Assembly: GCA_030390025.1 (NCBI GenBank)
Contig: CM059432.1
Span: forward strand, 5,208,001 to 5,272,000
Direction of reading: 5' to 3'
DNA length: 64,000 nucleotides
Source: Squalus acanthias
Taxonomy: Eukaryota
Numbering within the stretch: the first letter of the stretch is position 1; the number at the start of each line of letters is the position of its first letter. The notes beneath the pieces are model-generated. The model was not told the DNA's origin and did no database searches. It worked only from the letters and a program-made list of their open reading frames with translations. The translations under genes and the position numbers were made by a program. This document shows positions 60,000 through 64,000 of the stretch, in pieces.

Positions 60000-60480
60000 T
60001 TGCACAGGGGGCTAAAAGGGATTAAATTACGGGGCAAGGCTGCATAGACTTGGCTCGGATTGCCTTAAGTCCCGCAGATTAAAGGGGCGATCTAATCGAG
60101 GTGTTGAAGACGATTAAAGGTGTTGATAAGGTTGATAGAGAGAAACTATTTCCTCTGGTGCGGGGGCGGGGGGGGGGGAGTCCAGAACAAGGGGGCAGAA
60201 CTTTAAAATTAGAGCCAGGCCATTCAGGGGTGATGTCAGGAAGCACTTCTTCACACAAAGGGTAGTTCAAATCTGGAACTCTCTCCCCGCAAAAAGCTGT
60301 TGAGGCTGGGGGTCAATTGAAAATTTCAAAACTGAGATTGTTAGATTTTTGTTGGGTAAGGGCATTAAGGGTTACGGAACCAAGGCGGGTAGATGGAGTT
60401 ACGATACAGATCAGCCATGATCTAATGGCGGAACAGGCTCGAGGGGCTGATTGGCCTCCTCCTGCAGCTATGTTCCAATT
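60000..60480 (+). mobile_element. Old CR1 3' fragment
   Basis: Degenerate RLKGDLIEV / FFTQRVV homology; 3' UTR. Confidence 0.75.
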
Positions 60481-60894
60481 AGGAGTGAGGACAATTATTG
60501 TTTAAAATGGTGATGTTTGTGAATAAAATATCATTTTTTTACACGTTGCCTTTGGACGGAAGGGGCATTGTTTCATTATATAACCTGTCGGCAGAACCTG
60601 CCTCCCTGGTGTCAACTTTTGGTCAATGTTCCGTCTTACTTTCTCTTGGGTGCGCGGTCCCTTTAAGGGGCTGCCCGGCCCATACACGGTTTCGGGCATG
60701 TGCGGAACATTACATTGAGAAAGCCAGTCCCCGGTTGAGGAAACCGGCAGAGAGGTGCCCAGCTGCACCGCCACGCACCTTAAAGAGAACGTTGCTTTTG
60801 GTGTCAACTTGTTACCATTATAAATTGCCATGTCCACATTTCTCATGAGTTTTGTCAATGCAAACATGTCACACCATAAGTACACAATTTTTTA

Positions 60895-61910
60895 AAATAT
60901 ATTCGTTCATGGGCTGTGGGCGTTGCTGGCATTTATTGCCCATCCCTAGTTGCCCTCAAGAAGGTGGTGGTGAGCCGCCTTCTTGAACCGCTGCAGTCCG
61001 TGTGGTGAAGGTACTCCCACAGTGCTGTTAGGGAGGGAGTTTCAGGATTTTGACCCAGTGACGATGAAGGAACGGCAATATATTTCCAAGTCAGGATGGT
61101 GTGTGACTCAGAGGGGAACTTGGAGGTGGTGGTGTTCCCATTGCGCCTGCTGCCCTTGTCCTTCTAGGTGGAAGTGGTCGCGGGTTTGGGAGGTGCTGCC
61201 GAAGAAGCCTTGGCGAGTTGCTGTAGTGCATCTTGTAGATGGTACACACTGCAGCCACGGTGCGCCGGTGGTGGAGGGAGTGAATGTTTAAGGTGGTGGA
61301 TGGGGTGCCAATCAAGTGGATGGTGTCGAGCTTCTTGAGTGTTGTTGGAGCTGCACTCATCCAGGCAAGTGGAGAGTATTCCATCACACTGCTGACTTGT
61401 GCCTTGAAGATGGTGGAAAGGCTTTGGGGAGTCAGGAAGTGAGACACTCGCCACAGAATACCTAGCCTCTGACCTGCTCTTGTAGCCACAGTATTTATGT
61501 GGCTGGTCCAGTTAAGTTTCTGGTCAAGGGTGACCCCCAGGATGTTGATGGTGGGGGATTCGGCGATAGTAATGCCGTTGAATGTCAAGAGGCGGTGGTT
61601 AGACTCTCGCTTGTTGGAGATAGTCATTGCCTGGCACTTGTGTGGTGCGAATGTTACCTGCCACTTATCAGCCCAAGCCTGAACGTCGTCCAGGTCTTGT
61701 ATGCGGGCATGGACTGCTTCATTATCTGAGGAGTTGTGAATGGCGCTGAACACTGTGCAGTCATCAGCGAACATCCCCATTTCTGACCTAGTGTTGGAGG
61801 GAAGGTCATTGATGAAACAGCTGAAGATGGTTGGGCCTAGGACACTGCCCTGAGGAACTCCTGCAGCGATGTTCTGGGGCTGTGATGATTGACCTTCAAC
61901 CACCACAACC
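60895..61910 (-). mobile_element. Second-family CR1-group LINE (RT C-half and 3' end)
   Basis: ORF 61091..61927 [33 protein letters not shown]. Confidence 0.88.
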
Positions 61911-61940
61911 AGATGGCGATGGAGCAAATTTGAAAACAGC

Positions 61941-63545
61941 AGGGGCTAAATTCGATCGCCCCCAAAAACGAGCGCAGGCTAATCATCTGATGCAGGCAGC
62001 ATGTAAACTTTGTGCTGCCTGCTGATTAAAATGATTACAGCGGTGAGGAAGCGCTAAATGCGCAGTTCAGTGGCTCAGTGCCTCAGCAGGGGGCCCAAGT
62101 TCGTGCACTGCTAGCACCACTTAAAGCCAGCCTGCACCACTTAAAGCCAGCCTGCACCACTTAAAGCCAGCCTGCACCACTTAAAGCCAGCCTGCACCAC
62201 TTAAAGCCAGCCTGCACCACTTAAAGCCAGCCTGCACCACTTAAAGCCAGCCTGCACCTCTTAAAGCCAGCCTGCACCACTTAAAGCCAGCCTGCACCCC
62301 TTAAAGTCAGCCTGCACCTCTTAAAGCCAGCCTGCACCACTTAAAGCCAGCCTGCACCACTTAAAGCCAGCCTGCACCACTTAAAGCCAGCCTGCACCAC
62401 TTAAAGCCAGCCTGCACCCCTTAAAATCAGCCTGCACCTCTTAAAGCCAGCCTGCACCACTTAAAGCCAGCCTGCACCACTTAAAGCCAGCCTGCACCAC
62501 TTAAAGCCAGCCTGCACCACTTAAAGCCAGCCTGCACCCCTTAAAGTCAGCCTGCACCTCTTAAAGGGGAGGTGCATTCTGGCTGGAGCAGGTGCTGGAA
62601 GTGTCTGGGGAAGAGAGTGAGCAAGAAGAACACTGACTTATGGTACAACAGGGCAGAGAGCGTGCTCCAAGCTTCTTAGATGCTGCACTGGAGGCCTTGG
62701 TGGGGGAGGTGGACAAGAGGAGAGATGTCCTCTATCCACAAGGGGCCAGGAGGCCCTCCAGATAAACTTGAAGAAGGCACTGAGAGCAGATAGCCCTGGC
62801 AGTCAACACCAGAAGCCAAGCCCCGAGGACCTGGATGCAGTGCTGCAAAAAGTTCAATGACCTCACACGGGTGGTCAAGGTCAGTGAATTCATCTTTAAA
62901 TGCCATATTCCACCAACTGCACCACTAGCCTCACACACTGCTCAATGCACCACCCCTCCATCACTCACCTACCAACAATCTCTAGCAATCACCGCTCATA
63001 CCTCACATTCATAGCTTCACCTCACCCTCACCTGCTTAGCACTGATGCAAGCCTCACACCCACATCTCAAAGCTTGTACACACTGCCAGCTATTCAACCA
63101 TGACAGGCACAGCACCCAATCACATTGAACCACATTCACTGACACACTTCCCTCTCTCTTGCAGGACAAGATGGCTCATAACTGGGGGCAGCTGGGGCTA
63201 CCCGTAGGGAAGCAGACGCGCTTGCATGACCTTAACCTGTTGGAGGAGACGGTGCTGGAGACTATTGGAGTGGCCATCTCTGAGTCCGTGGCCAGCGGCG
63301 GGGCTGAAACAATGCAAGATGACGGGATCCTCATACCTAATCCTCCTCCTCACATCCCACTTCCCCCTCATCCCACAATCTCTTCTCATTTAAAAGCTGC
63401 AGATGGTGTAAGCATGCACCTCTTGCTTTCCCCCCTCCCCTCACCGCAACCCTACGCTTGTGCCTTTCTCCTTTCAGATTCAGATTTCTCCAACAACTGC
63501 AACCTGGCCAGGCAGTGGTGGAGGTGCAGGAACTACAAGAGGAAG
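61941..63545 (+). mobile_element. Harbinger end with Myb/SANT pseudogene (about 62640-63545)
   Basis: Starts GGGGCTAAATTC; MVQQGRERAPSFLDAALEALV...RTWMQCCKKFNDLTRVVK, intron, DKMAHN...; stop codons. Confidence 0.82.
62113..62566. repeat. 20-bp minisatellite (GCCTGCACCACTTAAAGCCA), about 22-23 copies
   Basis: Direct reading; variant units recur every 120 bp. Confidence 0.95.
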
Positions 63546-64000
63546 AAACATAGAAACATAGAAAATAGGTGCAGGAGTAGACCATTCGGTCCTTCGAGCC
63601 TGCACCGCCATTTAATGCGTTCATGGCTGAACATGCTACCTCAGTACCCCATTCCTGCTTTCTCGCCATACCCCTTGATCCCCCTAGTTGTGAGTATTAT
63701 ATCTAACTCCCTTTTGAATATATTTAGCGAACTGGCCTCAACAACCTTCTGTGGTAGAGAATTCCACAGATTCACCACTCTCTGGGTGAAGAAGTTCCTC
63801 CTCATCTCAGTCTTAAATGGCTTCCCCTTTATCCTTAGACTGTGACCCCTGGTTTTAGTTTTCCCTAACATTGGAAACATTCTGCCCGCATCTAATTTGT
63901 CTAAACCAGTCAGGATTTTAAACGTCTCTATAAGATCCCCCCTCATTCTTCTGAACTCCAGAGGATACAAGTTCAGTTGATCCAGTCTTTCTTGATATGT
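63546..64000 (-). mobile_element. CR1 3' end inserted in the Myb gene; continues beyond the window
   Basis: ORF 63641..63970; (CATAGAAA)n tail. Confidence 0.9.

Noticed and set aside
62113..62566. CRISPR-like array
   Set aside because: Head-to-tail repeats with no unique spacers, no cas genes, eukaryotic context

Overview
Repeat-dense vertebrate genomic DNA. The repeat families (CR1, L2, RTE, Penelope, tRNA-SINEs, Harbinger elements and MITEs) point to a cartilaginous fish, probably a shark. Bases 1-8.5 kb are a 17-bp GATC/CpG-rich satellite with higher-order duplications. One complete host gene can be assembled on +: six coding exons at 20049-40138, 236 aa, a RING-HC/C2HC/C2H2/Di19/UIM E3 ligase of the RNF125/RNF138/RNF114/RNF166 family with an N-terminal MGxxxS motif. 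A probable signal-peptide first exon of the next gene (MEP1B-like by synteny) lies at 59764-59829, with HNF1/HNF4-type motifs upstream. The rest is nested transposable elements: decayed two-gene Harbinger transposons and their MITEs, a 1.86-kb solo LTR, and many CR1/L2/RTE fragments. One young full-length CR1 (52827-56958) has an intact ORF2 with no usable AUG that is reached through a U_UUA_AAC -1 frameshift site at the ORF1 stop; a second CR1 family has the same site. A palindromic Penelope-type element carries a minimal hammerhead ribozyme on each strand. Most short ORFs in the supplied track are repeat artefacts. Repeat boundaries are read by eye and are approximate.
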